64,000 bases of DNA, taken from positions 26,102,001-26,166,000 of the forward strand of contig NC_135763.1 in assembly GCF_052425735.1 (NCBI RefSeq), written 5' to 3'. The stretch is from Oculina patagonica (lineage: Eukaryota). Shown in pieces: positions 23,449-36,399 of this stretch. Made by a program: the position numbers and the translations under genes. Every line of letters starts with the position of its first letter. Within the stretch, counting starts at the first letter, position 1. The notes under the pieces were generated by a model. It saw only the letters and a list, made by a program, of their open reading frames with translations, had not been told where the DNA came from and searched no databases.

Positions 23449-24429
23449 GGTCGCGGGGGATACCTGTGCATGAATAAATTCATTAGGCGAAATTTTGTTT
23501 GTCCTGCATCTTTTAAAAGGCTTATATTTCGGTTGTTATGGGTGCGATTAAGCTCAAATTTTACAGCGACTTAAAGAAATGATGAAAGATTATGACTATT
23601 ATCTTTTATTTGGTGGATTGTACTTAACGGCGGTGATATAGCCTCGTAAGTGACAAATTACGAGATACATGATTTGGTGGCAGAGTTTACGGATCGACTA
23701 TGAGACAACACACTGTGATCTTGGCAAAAACAGATCAGTCAATATCTCTAGTGTGTCATAACAGAAGCGGATTTTTTAATTTTAAGTTTGCCAGGAAGTT
23801 GTGATGGTTTAAATGCGAAAATTTGAATTTAATGCCTTCTACCTCTTTCTAAAAGCGCTCTTTCAAAATTCCGCTTCTGTTATGACACACTACAGTATTC
23901 CTAGTTTAACTCTCTGCAGTGGCAGGTCATGAAGTTCTGTATCCGCGCTGAATTCTCTGCCACAAAGTTGTCGGAAAAGTCCAAACTTTGAGATTTCCGA
24001 AGGTGTCCCGACCAAAACACGATTTCCAAAGGAGAGATGTAATTATGGTAATTTTAATAATTATACAATGAGTTTCAAAAAAGACACTATTGTTTATGAA
24101 TATTATTGTGATTACTTCTCCTACAATCTTTATAAATTCATAAAGCTAAGTGTTGCTGTAAATTGGTTAAAAATCCTTATGAGTTCTAATACTTTTCTTT
24201 GTTTTAGAATTCAAGGAAAAAGGAGAATTTTTTAAGATCCATACGTCAATTTTGAGTAAACATTTTGTTCACAATCCGTGCTACACGCGAACACATCAAA
24301 TCACGCGCACGCGCTCATATTTTTTTCCAGTCATAAATATCTCGTAAAGTTGTCGATGTCAGTCGTTGCACTTCGTGCATACGCTTTAAATAAATGCATA
24401 ATGATGAGCCTAAGGTGTCCCCCGCGACC
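23449..24429. mobile_element. Kolobok-like non-autonomous DNA transposon
   Basis: TTAA flanks; TIR GGTCGCGGGGGATACCT / AGGTGTCCCCCGCGACC (16/17 match). Confidence 0.8.
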
Positions 24430-25938
24430 TTAAGTAAGAGCAGTAATCGCATAATTTACATACATATACGTTGTTGAACAATTTAATTCCACCCATTCAC
24501 ACTCTCCTTCATGATGGGTGCATGAAAAATAAAGATATTTTAACTGAGCCCGTTTGAATTCTTCTGGATTGTCTTATTAAAGGTAAATACACTTTCAAGT
24601 GTTTAAGAGCGGACAAACCATGATACATTTGCCTTTTTTTTAAATTTCAGCTGAAGAGTATTAAACAGCACAGCCAGCTCGCGGGAAAAGCAACACCTCA
24701 ATAATAGGTTAAAAATTTTTTCATTATAGGGTATTATAAAATAACTCAGATACTACGCGCGCTCTGATTGGTCAAAAACCTATGTACTATTGTACCGGTA
24801 AAGTCCCGCTTCTGTCCCGACATGGCCGCACTAAGCTCGAGTACGCATATAAGGACAAATAATTAACTTTAGATTAATGTATTCTTTTGGTCCATCTTAT
24901 GATTAAAACGGAGGATATATGATTATCGTAATTGATCATTATGAACATTTACTGAGGGTGGGCACTAGAGAAAAAAAGAAACGCAGAGACAAACACTGAC
25001 TGAGTGAGAAGTAACAGAATAAACAGGTCCGCTTTCACTGGACTTAAAAAAAATTGATATGGTTACATTCAACATTAACTCGGAAATGTTATTTAAATGG
25101 AAATAAAACTGATCGAATTTGTCGCGATGAACTAGAATTATTTTGATGGCAGAACCTCACACTGAGTTCTTGTACGCGTTTAAATTATATCTTCAGTTTT
25201 ACGTGCTTTCAGTACTTTATCTGCACCAAACAAGTTTCGAGGCAGATAACTGGCGCTCAGGGCGAAAACGGGCGCTTTACCAAGTTGCGATTAAGCAGGA
25301 GGCGTTACAGTTCAATCAGATAATTTTAAAGAAAAAAAATTCTTGACATTTTAGGAAATATCTCATCAAAATCTTTCAAACAAAAAAATGCATAGTAAAA
25401 TATAAGTTTAAAGAACAACCATTCTTTCTATTAAGTTTATCAATTTTATTGATAGCGCTGTCAACAGGTTGTGGCAAAAAAAAAGACCGTTAAAGGTCAA
25501 GTGACAACTACTAAATTAAACCAGTATAGGATTTTCTGGAAGAGTTTTTGCAAACCTTCTGTCGCCATTCTGCGTTGTCATTTTTGTCACGGAAGGACTA
25601 TTTCGTCATCTAGACAACCAACTAAGAACTGAGAAAAAAGCCTGTACTAGATACTGCATGGAATTATCGGAATGTTAAGTAAAAAAAGTGATGTCATAAA
25701 AAAGTGATGTCATATAGAAAAAAAAAAGTTTATGAATAAGGCCAAGTTCAAAGAAAGGTACGGAATGTTACTAATTTATGGCTAAACCACCCCCTTCTTT
25801 TACCGTTAACCACCGCATTTTCTGCTCCGAGTGAGAAGCAAGTTCGTAAGTAAGGATTAATGTGTACAGTCAAAAAAAGAAAAGAAAAAGAAACAACCCA
25901 AATCCTGTTACTCGAGCCGGTTTGTTAAAGCAAAATGT

Positions 25939-26011
25939 TGGTCCGTGTGAGGGTCAAACTCACGACATCGGCGTTATCAGCACCACGCTCTGCCGACTGA
26001 GCTAACGGACC
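25939..26011 (-). tRNA. tRNA-Ile(GAT), possibly a pseudogene or repeat-derived
   Basis: GGTCCGTTAGCTCAGTCGGCAGAGCGTGGTGCT-GAT-AACGCCGATGTCGTGAGTTTGACCCTCACACGGACCA; perfect acceptor stem; T-loop TTTGA instead of TTCGA; TTTT just downstream. Confidence 0.75.
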
Positions 26012-26999
26012 AGACAGACAATTATTATTATTTTTTATATATTTACACTTAAGCAATAACTTAAAAGCGTGTCGATAATTCGAACTGTGAAGTGCATAGA
26101 TAAATGCGTTTACTACAGAACTCATAGCAAGTAAGAATAGCCCAAAGTTACGCACTATTTCGCTTACAAGTTGAAAATGGCGAAGAAAACGCGTAACAGT
26201 TGCGGGGAAAAAAACACGCTCCGAACACAAGAGTAACGGTGAGCGACATTTTCAAGAGCTGCTTTCTTTGGCGCGTTAACTCTTTCTCGGATATGCTGCT
26301 TTCAGGCGCGACTGCGCTTCTGAGGAAAAGCGCCTTTACAAGTTTACTGTAACAAAAGCTAATAACGACAAAAGGTGCCATGAAAGCAAAGATGGCGTAA
26401 AAGGCCATGTGAGTTAACACTGATTGATCACTGTACGTCTGTTGGCAACGTACTGTCTTGAGGTTGTATTCTGTATGAATAAACACAGGCGCGTTTAATG
26501 CAACGGACGCCATCCAAGTTCCGAATATTGCGTATTGAACCGTTTCCCGCGTTAGGTGCAACATATGCAGAGGTCTTGCCATGGCGTTATAACGATCTAT
26601 TGCTAGAACTGTAAGTGTGAAGACGGAGGAAACTGTCGAGATGAGAGGAACGTTGAAGCTGACAAAGAATGTACAAAGAAGAGTTCCAGCGACGCCATCT
26701 GGAAGAACGGTTATTTGTGGGATGAGGGGGAAACAGCAAAACAACAGACTTGTAATGTCGGCAACCGCTAAATTTGCCAGCAAATAATTCTGAGCAGTCT
26801 GAAGGGCCCGAGTTCTCTTGATTATTATCAGGACTTAAATGTTTCCAGCGATTCCTACTCCAACAAGGACAACTCTCAGCACTAACAAACAAATAAATAG
26901 CGAGTCATTCGTCAAAGATTGTTTTTCCTTTCACGCCCTTTTCGCCAAGTCCAGTATTGTCTCGTTTGTTGTTGAATTCATTGAGATGTTGAAGGCCAT
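26012..26999 (-). pseudogene. Intronless rhodopsin-class (peptide-receptor-like) GPCR pseudogene
   Basis: ATG at 26999 with N-glycosylation sequons; GIAGN (TM1), NYLLANLAVAD (TM2), LAIDRY (TM3), VNAFIY (TM7); in-frame TGA and TAA before TM2 and a frameshift in the poly-T run near 26210. Confidence 0.88.
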
Positions 27000-28009
27000 T
27001 ATTTTTTTCAAATTTTAACTTGGTAGTGATTTAAAGATCTGAACATTAAACTTTCAAGCTTGCACCAGAGAAAAACACTTGCCAGATATCCTTTTTGAAG
27101 ATTGTCTTAAAAAGACGAATTTTCTTGTGACAATCGATTTTGTAATTTTTTAAAAGAAAAAAAGTAATTTTAAGATTGAAAATGATTCTGAGGAGGTTGA
27201 ATGGCACACTTTGTGAAGCTTTTGACTCAATCTTAGTCGTTGGTATGTCCATGGCAGTTAATAAATTAATTTTGCTTTGTTCAAAGTTATTGCTACTTTC
27301 ACTGGCTCAAATTAATTTCCGTTCTCTAATATTAATTTCACAGCGAGTAAACGAAAACAAACAAAACATTTAATTAACGCATTGGAATCAAACCCGTTTT
27401 GAGACTGCCGTCTGCCTTCGTCTGATTCTTTAAAAGTCCTGAGAAAATGTAATTAGGCTTCATTCATACACTGCGGTTACGTCGCGCCAAATAACTGAAA
27501 TTCAGGATACTCGCAACATAATTTGCTAATCGAAACAAATTATTAAATGCTCAGTTTAATGCTCTGCTCAAATAAAAAAACCCTTGTCTTAATTTAAAAT
27601 TTAACTAATTCCAAAAGGGAATGTTTCATTCACAGACTTCAAATCAAAAGCTCCTTGGGAATTAAATTATTATTTGTTTGGTTCCAAGATTCTGCATATA
27701 GGTTACTGTTGCTGTATGTTTTTTCTGCCAAGCAAGCTAGTTTTGCATACTACAATTGCGTAGAATTTGAAAGTCGGTAGTGCCATTTTGCACAGAACAG
27801 AGCTCGACACACTTCATTGTTCGATAAGACACGCGCCTTTGTTTTATCGCGCCATACAAACAAAAGTAATTTTTAATAAGGCGTGCCCATAAACACGCTG
27901 CTCGAAAGCCCGCGTGTTATTTTGCACGCTGCCTATTGTTTAGCGTGTCATTTCGGCGTGCCCGTGCATTCACCTTTTTCCCTGTTATTTCCCGTGGAAG
28001 GTCACGCAT

Positions 28010-29550
28010 ACTGCCATTAGATAACATGAGTTACATAAGGAACTCGTCAACCAGGTAAAACAAAATAATAAAGCACGAGGTCAATATCCTGCCCTAAGAT
28101 AACATGAATTCCATAGGGTGATTACCTTCAAAGTGTTATGTAATAATCTAGCACGAGGTTAATGTGCTGCCCTCTAATAACATGAGTTCCATAAGGGAAC
28201 TCACAACCCAGGCAAGACATATTATTCTATAGAACAAGGTTAAAATGCTGCCCTGAGATAACATGAGTTCCATAAGAAACTCATCAACCAAGCAAGACGT
28301 AATTATCCAGCACGAGGGTATTAACCCTATTCAGACCGGGGGGGGGGAGGGGGCTTTTGAGGCCCGCGCTGACTTTGAACTTTTATAACTTTTTTAAGAT
28401 TTAACCAAACGCTGCCAAACTTTCTGAGTTCTCCTAAAATTTATCTGGCAACAAATTGGTCGGGTTGGATGATGTGTCAGGAACTTGACATCACCATGGC
28501 AACGGCATTTTGACAGGCATGTTTTCCCAAATTTGTAATTTTGCGTGTTTCTGTTAATAAAAATCAACTTAAATGGCATTGTTTTTACATTTTTACCGGT
28601 TTAAAGCACATTTTTATTCATTTTGATTACTTTGCAATGATTTTGGGTGGTTTTCTGGCATTTTGGAAAAATTTTGAAATCCAAGATGGCGGTTCCAAGA
28701 TGGCGGCTGTTTTGACATCATGATGTAATTGTCACGTGATGTGACGTCACCATCCCACGTGACGTATACCAAAAGAAAGAGTTTTGGACGTACAATTCAT
28801 CCTATAAGTTTCATGGTGATTGCTTAAATATTCTGGAAGTTACATAGGGGGGGGCTTCCGTACCCCCCCCCCCCCGGTCCGAGAAGGTCCAAAAAAGCCC
28901 GGTCTGAATAGGGTTAAGCTGCCCTCAGATAAAACGAGTACCATAACGGAGTCGCCACCCAGGTAAGACAAAAAAATCCAGCACGAGGTCAATATGCTGT
29001 CCTGATATACCATGAGTTAGAGTAAGGAACTCATCAACCTTGGTAAGACATAATAATCTACCACGAGTATAATATGATGCCTTGAGATAACATGAGTTCC
29101 ATTAGAAACTCACCATCCAGGTAAGACATAATATTCAGGACGAAGTTAATATGCTTCCCAAAATAACTGAGCACACGAGGTTAATATGCTGCCTTTGATA
29201 TGATGCATAGGTGCCATAAGCAACTCATCACCAAGTGCGACAAGAAATAAAGTACGAGTTTAAAATGCTGACCTCAGATAAAAAGAGTTCAACCAGGAAC
29301 TCGCTATCGAAGTGGGACAAAATAATCTAGCACGATGTTGTTATGCCGCCCTCAGATTACAAGAGTTACATAAGGAACTCACCATCCAAGTAAGACATAT
29401 AATCTAGCACAAGGTTAATATGCTCTCCTCAGATAATATGAGTTCTATAAGGAACTCGCCACCGAAGTAAGAGATAATAATTTAGCATGATTTCAATATC
29501 CTGCACTCAAATAACATTAGTTTCACAAGGAACTCACCACCAAAGAAAGA
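28010..29550 (+). repeat. Diverged ~78-bp tandem array
   Basis: Recurrent unit agataacatgagttccataaggaactc...gtaagacataataatctagcacgaggttaatatgctgccc, interrupted by a MITE. Confidence 0.85.
28325..28913. mobile_element. piggyBac-like MITE inserted in the tandem array
   Basis: TTAA TSD; CCCTATTCAGACCGGG / CCCGGTCTGAATAGGG. Confidence 0.9.
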
Positions 29551-30168
29551 TTTGGTAAACCCTGAAAAGAGGACCATGCTCAATAACAGGTGTATTGGCC
29601 TGTTTAGTACCGATTTTGCACCAAAAATTGTTCGTGTTTTTTTTTAATTAGCTCTGTCAGAATGCAACCAGTACAGTCACTCCTAGTTTTTTAGTTATTA
29701 TCACAAAAGTTAGCTCACGTGTTAATCGCCGACGTCACAAGTAGTCCAAATGTCGACAAAAGGCCTTTTTTTCAGTGAAAGTAAATACCCCTCTACTCGC
29801 CTTTTTTCTGTTTTTTTTTTCTTTCCACGGGGTTCTTTTGTAGCTACGCTCAAGTTGACAGGGCCACTTGGTAACTATGACAAAAACGAGACAAATCTTA
29901 TTTTGATGTCCATTTTTTCCGGAGATATTTTTTATCAATCTTGCACGTGAATTTGGAAGGTCTTGTTTTACAGTGAAATATAAAGGGAGGCAATTTTTTT
30001 TATGACACTAACAAAATTTCAAATATCATAACTAGAAAATGTGATTAAATCTTGGGTCAAACGACCCATGCAAAAGTTACCATACAATATGTTTTTTGTT
30101 TATGTTCATAAATATTAAGCAACTTGTTACTATGGAAAATTTATTCTTTCACTGATAAAATAAAAATC

Positions 30169-30240
30169 TGGATACTCCGGGTATCGATCCCGGTACTTCC
30201 CGCATGCTAAGCGGGCGCTCTACCGCTTGAGCTAATCCCC
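30169..30240 (-). tRNA. tRNA-Ala(AGC)
   Basis: GGGGATTAGCTCAAGCGGTAGAGCGCCCGCTT-AGC-ATGCGGGAAGTACCGGGATCGATACCCGGAGTATCCA; G3:U70 Ala identity pair; one acceptor-stem mismatch (G4-A69). Confidence 0.78.
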
Positions 30241-31899
30241 AACTTCACAGTAAACCCAGTCGAGAAAACGTACACAACCTCTTGTGGGTACGTGGGTACA
30301 AGAGGTTTTGTGGCTTGTTTTTTTTTTCGCGGTTAAGTGAGCGGTGATAATAAGATGCAAAAGTGGGAAAACCTTCTTGCATACAGGTTAGTCAAAGGAT
30401 TATGCAGAATGTAATTGAGAAGATCAGTGAGAATAATGTTGTTTTATGTTATAAAATATGAAAAACTTAAATAAAGAGAACTAAATGAAGTAGGTTTCTT
30501 CTTTAATATTGAGACCATATGGCTCTAGTGTACTGCCGTTAGAGATTAAAAGGCTTCCTGGCCTCTGGTCACAGCATGTATCGTGTCAGTTGCATGTCAT
30601 AAGCGGCTACGTCAACTAGTTCACAATGCAGTACAGTGATACAGCTCATGGTTTACGTAGAAGAGAGAAGGACAAGAGAGGAACAACAGACTTTGAATTT
30701 GAAGCTGTCAGTGAAATCACCCACATATGGATCCCAACATGTCAGTAACTGGCAAAGGAAGCATTCATTTAGAAATGGAATCCAAAATAAACGCAAGTGA
30801 TTATGACAAAATCGTCGAGACGATCTTTGGGTGAGCGCGCTCCTGCTCCTGTACCAAAGCGAACGTGTTGCGAGAAATGTATTCACTAAACTAACATTGC
30901 CAGGCATTGCCAGAAGCTAAAAATGTCTGTCACTCATGTGCAGCGATACTTCAACGAATACAGTGAAAACGATTCTTTGCAGCCACCGGAGTTGTTTTTG
31001 TCATTCTTACAGCTTTCCTACCACTGTTGAGGGGCAGATTCAGAATACCAGTTGTATTAGAAAACCTCAGTTCATCTCGGTTGGTGGGGGGAGGGGGGCT
31101 GGGGACGAGAATGCAGAAATAAAATTGAAACCATTTGTGTCGTCGTTTTTCTCATTTACAGGTCAACCAATTGAAAAGAGCGAAAACATCACCTTACAAG
31201 AATATCACGTGACTAGGATGTGATCACGTGGACTAAAGTCTCTCAAAGTCCCTCCGTGGTTATATTTGTACCGTCTGGAAATCTACATTTCATTACTTTT
31301 TATCTTGAACGGTTTTCTAACCTTGAGATATGGTCACCCTATAAATGCATTGTTTATATGTATTCATCGATACAAACACACTTAACAGGGTACTGAAAAG
31401 TTGCAGTGTTGAATATTCGTAGGTTTAATAAGGATCAATATATTCTGTTCAGTTTGAAGACAATAATCATGTCGGATAGCACGTAGAGTCCCCCCTTTAC
31501 TGACCACTGGGTGAAACATGGATAGATATGCGTTAACACTTTTTCCTATTAACTAAACTTGTTTATCGAAAGCGATAAGAAGGTTTGGTAGATCGCTTGG
31601 TCTTATTCTTAAATGCAATAGAAAAACATCATATTGTTATAATTCAGGCGTTTATCATATCTCTGTTGGTCATCTTTTCGTATTGCCTGTGAGTCAAAAT
31701 AAGTCAAAATTTCAAAGATTAAAACTCCTTCTTCTTAAACATTAGTCATTCTTGAGTTTTGACACAGGCAACTGGAGGCTCGTAAAAAAGACAGATTTTG
31801 ACTTCGCTTTTTTTATTAATAAGTTCTCTTCCCAATGTAATGATGTCATTTGCAATGTTGATGTGTTGTTGTCACGCAATGTACCCGAGAGCGCGAGAC

Positions 31900-32306
31900 A
31901 TGGCGTCTGCAACGACATGTTTCATGTCGGCGAAGCCGAATGAAATTGGATGTGGGGAATATAAAGGAGAGAGCACGTTGATGCCTCTAAGTGAATGCAA
32001 AAGTGACATTACGGCTCACCTGAGGAGATGTCATTTAACAAAAGAAGACATTTCAGAAAGCGAACTTATTTTACTACGGGCTGGCTATTTTAGTAAAACT
32101 GCCCAACAAGTTGAAAATATGTTTGTGTGCCCAAGACATCGCGCGAACCTTGGCAAAGGCTGGGAAAAATCAAACTGGCCGCACAGCATGCCATTATCCC
32201 GATCACAAGGGTAAGCAGAAAAGTGTTAAAAGTGACAGAGTCGTGACTGTGAAAATTGCACGAGAGGTGATGGAAATTTTTGACGTTGCTATTGTTGTTG
32301 GATCAC
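31900..32306 (+). pseudogene. Probable first coding exon of the Sola3-like transposase (Cys/His-rich N-terminus)
   Basis: MASATTCF...LILLRAG...VCPRHRANLGKGW, frameshift, ACHYPDH...IVVGS then a GT donor; same strand and upstream of 36319-39925. Confidence 0.5.
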
Positions 32307-32484
32307 GTAAATAATAGCAAGAAACAGTATTTTGTCCATTCTTTTTTCTGTCTTCTCAAACGACATTTACACAATACTGGGATAATATAATTTATCACGC
32401 ATCATTGTCTTATTTAACCAAATTTTATATAAAGGATTAAGGAAGTTTTATGCGTTTTTAAAATTACCTGCGCTTAATTAACTC

Positions 32485-32726
32485 GGGTTGTCCTAAAACC
32501 AGGAATGCCGGAAACCCGGAAAATCGGAAAATCGAAACTCGCAACGTAATTGGAAACTCGTAACAAACTTCCAATTTCCCAAAAAATAACATATTTCCAC
32601 GTATTTATCTTGAAAAGACGTACACAAAAAAGGTCATTCCGGGTTTTAGGATTCCGGGCTTTCTTATCCGGATTTCCGGCATTCTGGTTTTCCGGGTTTC
32701 CGGCATTCCTGGTTTTAGGACAACCC
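32485..32726. mobile_element. MULE-like MITE (9-bp TSD)
   Basis: TIR GGGTTGTCCTAAAACCAGGAATGCCGGAAACCCGGAAAA and its reverse complement; TSD AATTAACTC, with the right copy split by the next MITE. Confidence 0.8.
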
Positions 32727-32729
32727 AAT

Positions 32730-32893
32730 AGCCCAATTTCGATATTTTAAAATTCAGCCTAAAACAATAGACATCACAACGAGGCTCCGGGGAATAAACC
32801 TCACAAACTCTACAAACTCTATAGTTTAGTCCCCGGAGCCTCGTCCAGAGGTCTATTGTTTTAGGCTGAATTTTAATATATCGAAATTGGGCT
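32730..32893. mobile_element. ISL2EU/Harbinger-like MITE (AT TSD)
   Basis: TIR AGCCCAATTTCGATAT..AAAATTCAGCCTAAAACAATAGAC and its reverse complement; removal with one AT restores AATTAACTC. Confidence 0.78.
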
Positions 32894-35800
32894 ATTAACT
32901 CAGTGTATTTGACACTTTTCAATGTTTTCGATTTTGCGTCGGTTTTGTTCATTCCTTTTACAGCTCAAACCGGTCTATAGTTTCAGTTTATCATGCACCT
33001 ACCCCATCCATCTACGATGTTTATAGTTAACATGTAGCTGGGAGGGAAGTATTCTCCGTTTTTTTCATTTTCCCATAGGGAAATGCTACTGTTGCCAAAA
33101 TTAAAACTTATCTTAATTTAATTTAATTTAATTTACCAAACTTTTAACTCCATTTGATTTCTTTTGTTTTTCTTTTTTGGGTACCCTTGAACCAAGCTGG
33201 AAACAATAAGTGGACTTGAATTCTCTGTGATAAAGTTTAAAAGAAAATATTTTCAAAGCCCATGTTTTCATTCAACTGAAAAAAGAACAACTACTTAAAT
33301 TAGCAAACGGTCACGAAACTGGAGAAATCAAAATCATTGGAATCGTTCTGTCCGTTAAATTCGTTCTGACAACCCAGCATCAATTTAAAATTACCTATTA
33401 ACAAATAAGATAAGCTCTGTATTCTACAAAACCCGAAACCTTTCCTTCCGAGAAGGTCGGTGCCGGGGCCGAGACCGGTTGGGGTCGTGCACTTCATAAA
33501 CTGTTATTACATGTTCCTCTTTTTTTGTTTTAACTGTTTTTTCCTTTTTTTCCTTAAAATACTTTTTATTGTTTGTAATTTCAGAAGAACCAGAATTTCG
33601 GAAATCATTTAACTTGAGAAAAATAATTAAAGAAAAAAAAAACGAGTTCAAAAATACATGTGAAAAAATAAAATATAACTGGCCTCAACCCAGGCCCATG
33701 CCCCGGTTAGAGTGGACTCTTTTACCGACACGCCTATTTTTCACCGATAAGGCGTTACACGTGCGCTTCTCCCTTTCTTCCGCAGGTCCGTTTGTATGTT
33801 AAATAGATCAATTGAAAAAACGTTCTACAGCATGCTTCTGTTCCAGCCTTGTGCAACAGCTGCCGAAAGAGTCACAAGGAAAGAGTAAAAATCGGTCCGC
33901 GATGCGTACGTGTGGGGGCTTGATAATTTCAAATTTGATTCTTCTTTTTTGTGAATTCATTTAGTACATTCAATATACTTTAAGGCTGCTATTTATTGCG
34001 GCAAATAATCTTTGCGATTTTTAGCAAATCGCCGAATTTAGTAGCCACAGTAATTTCTACTCGCGAAATTTACCCTGTTTTGCAGTTTAAGCAAGATCAA
34101 AAAACAAGATCAAAGAGCTCTTCGAGCCACGACTGACTTTTTTGCCAAGTTTAAAAGTTTAGTTTTCATTCCTTGAAAATTTATGAGCAGCAGTGATTCA
34201 AACATTGATAGCGGAACGTCTATTACATTAATATAAGATATCTTCACCTTACCTTGTAAGTATGATTGAGTGGCGCACTCGGGTAGGCATCTGACTGGGA
34301 AACGATAGTTCGCGAGAGGTCCCGAGTTCGAACCCCAGAGGAGACAGTTTTTTTTCCTTTTTTCCTTTTGTTTTCTTTTTTAACCAGTAGCACTAAAATG
34401 GTTTGTTTATTATATAGCTGCATTGCAGAATAATTTACATATATCAGAACATATAGCCATATAGACTGATTCAAGTACAAATGTATTAAATTGTCCTGTT
34501 TCATCTGAAAAGCTCTTCCTTTTGTTCCGAACAAGCAGCCACGCACTCGATTTTAGCCAACGCTCTGGTTTCTAGATAGATCCATCGTTAATGAAGCTTA
34601 TGTGAAACCCGATTTTGTTTTCGAATATTCCTACATGTACGACGCTAGCTCGACATATACGAAAGAGATCGATCATTACATCGCTTTTTGTAAGCGTAAA
34701 AGCTCCTCTTGAATTGATGTGCAACCTGCACAGACTTCCAGCCAAACGAAATGTTGGCTGGTATGACTTCGTGAGCTGCTGTAAGAAACCATACGAAACG
34801 ACACGCCAAATCCAATTTGGCCTACTCGACACGCACCGCCGACCTCATCCCCAGGCTCTCTCGCAGAAGACCACGTGACGCAAGCAAACCCACGCACAAA
34901 TAAATAAATAAATCCCTCAGTCGATGCCAATGTGGAGGCTTTGCCCCCACAAACAATAACCGGCACGCATACAAGCATGCACAGGCGATGACGCTGTACA
35001 ATGATCCCAGAAATTGCATTTTTCTTATTCATTTTAATTTCTATTTGCCTTGACTACAAAACGAACCTCCAATACATTACAAACCTACAGTATGATAAGA
35101 TAAATACATTAAATCATTATGAACTTCGTCATTTAGCAACAGAAAGGCCCAGGATTGATTTCCACACCTAGTCGATACTGAAGATTGTGTGACATTTCCG
35201 TATTGAAAAGGTCTGAAATGTAATGAAGTCAACACCGCTTACTAGAATCACTTACATGCATTTATGCAACTTATCAAAAAAACATTTTAGATCAGCTAAA
35301 TCAGCAATAGGGTAAAAGTTCTTTCTGAACTCTGGCTTCTCGTACAAATAGGAATACGGATACCGTCACTGTGTTATTTTTAATGGCTTGAGATAAATAC
35401 CCGAATAAATACTATCAAAAGCAGTAAAAGGAAGATGGAGAGTCGCGAAGGGAAAAGTTAAATATTATCGACAACAATGCACGTCAAAGCAAACAATGAT
35501 TTCAGATAGCTCACCTTTGCAATCTAATCAGGATACTGCTGCCATCGGTCGCCCTTTTGGAAAGGTTTCAAAAGTTATGACACTAACCGGCCTTCACTCG
35601 TCAAATTCAACATCAGTCAACTTAGTCTGCCAACACGTATGCCGACTTCGAATACACGTACAACGGTAAAAAAGTTCTTTAAGCGAGCTCACAATTATCC
35701 AGTACATCATTCTCCCCTGACCCCAAAACTCCGTTTAACTGTACGTTAGAAATCAAACGCGTTTTGCCGATGGATGCTCTTAAAGTTGATTCATACTCAT

Positions 35801-36399
35801 TGACAATCAAAGATGGCGTACCGAAACTGAGTAAACAACAAAGTGCCTAGTTCCCAGTGCTACTCGGTTGGAGTAATCTCTCACTCCTCACACGGCCGTC
35901 CACCGGGCCATAGCATATAGGCGTCACCGCCTAAAAACGAGTGGAAATGGCTGTCTGAGGGGGTGGTTGAAAAACCAGAACAGTTTTCGAGGTATGCTTT
36001 ATTCTTCTTTTTTTTTATCATTGCAATATTTTCTCAGAAGTTGTATTGATACAGAGGTGACGTAAAAGAATTGCCATGGCGAATTTGACACTGCAACAAA
36101 CATATTGTACCACAGCCTGCAAAACAATTACATAAAAGTTAATTTAATGCCATGGTCAGTTTTTCAGTTTTTAAGGCATGTTAAGGTTAAATGGGGTTAG
36201 CGGAAAGAGGAGGAGCGTTATTAGTCTGGAGATAAGAAAAGAGAGTAACAGCTGAGTTGTTAGGGTCAAACCATAAAAAAACGACAAGGTACCGTCCTAA
36301 ATGTTCTTAAGTTGACGAATGAATATGTTCTTCGGGGAACGTTTCAGTCAGTTAAGTGTTTCATTTTTTAACTATTCTAGAAAATCTAAGCACGATGCT

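Noticed and set aside
28010-29550. CRISPR-like array of palindromic repeats
   Set aside because: The intervening sequences are homologous to each other rather than unique spacers; eukaryotic context; no cas genes
34268-34345. tRNA-like sequence with a B box (gagttcgaaccc)
   Set aside because: Acceptor and anticodon stems do not pair; probably a decayed repeat-borne tRNA derivative
33000-36300. Possible further gene or element inside the Sola3-like intron
   Set aside because: Only short degenerate ORFs; I could not identify ends or protein motifs
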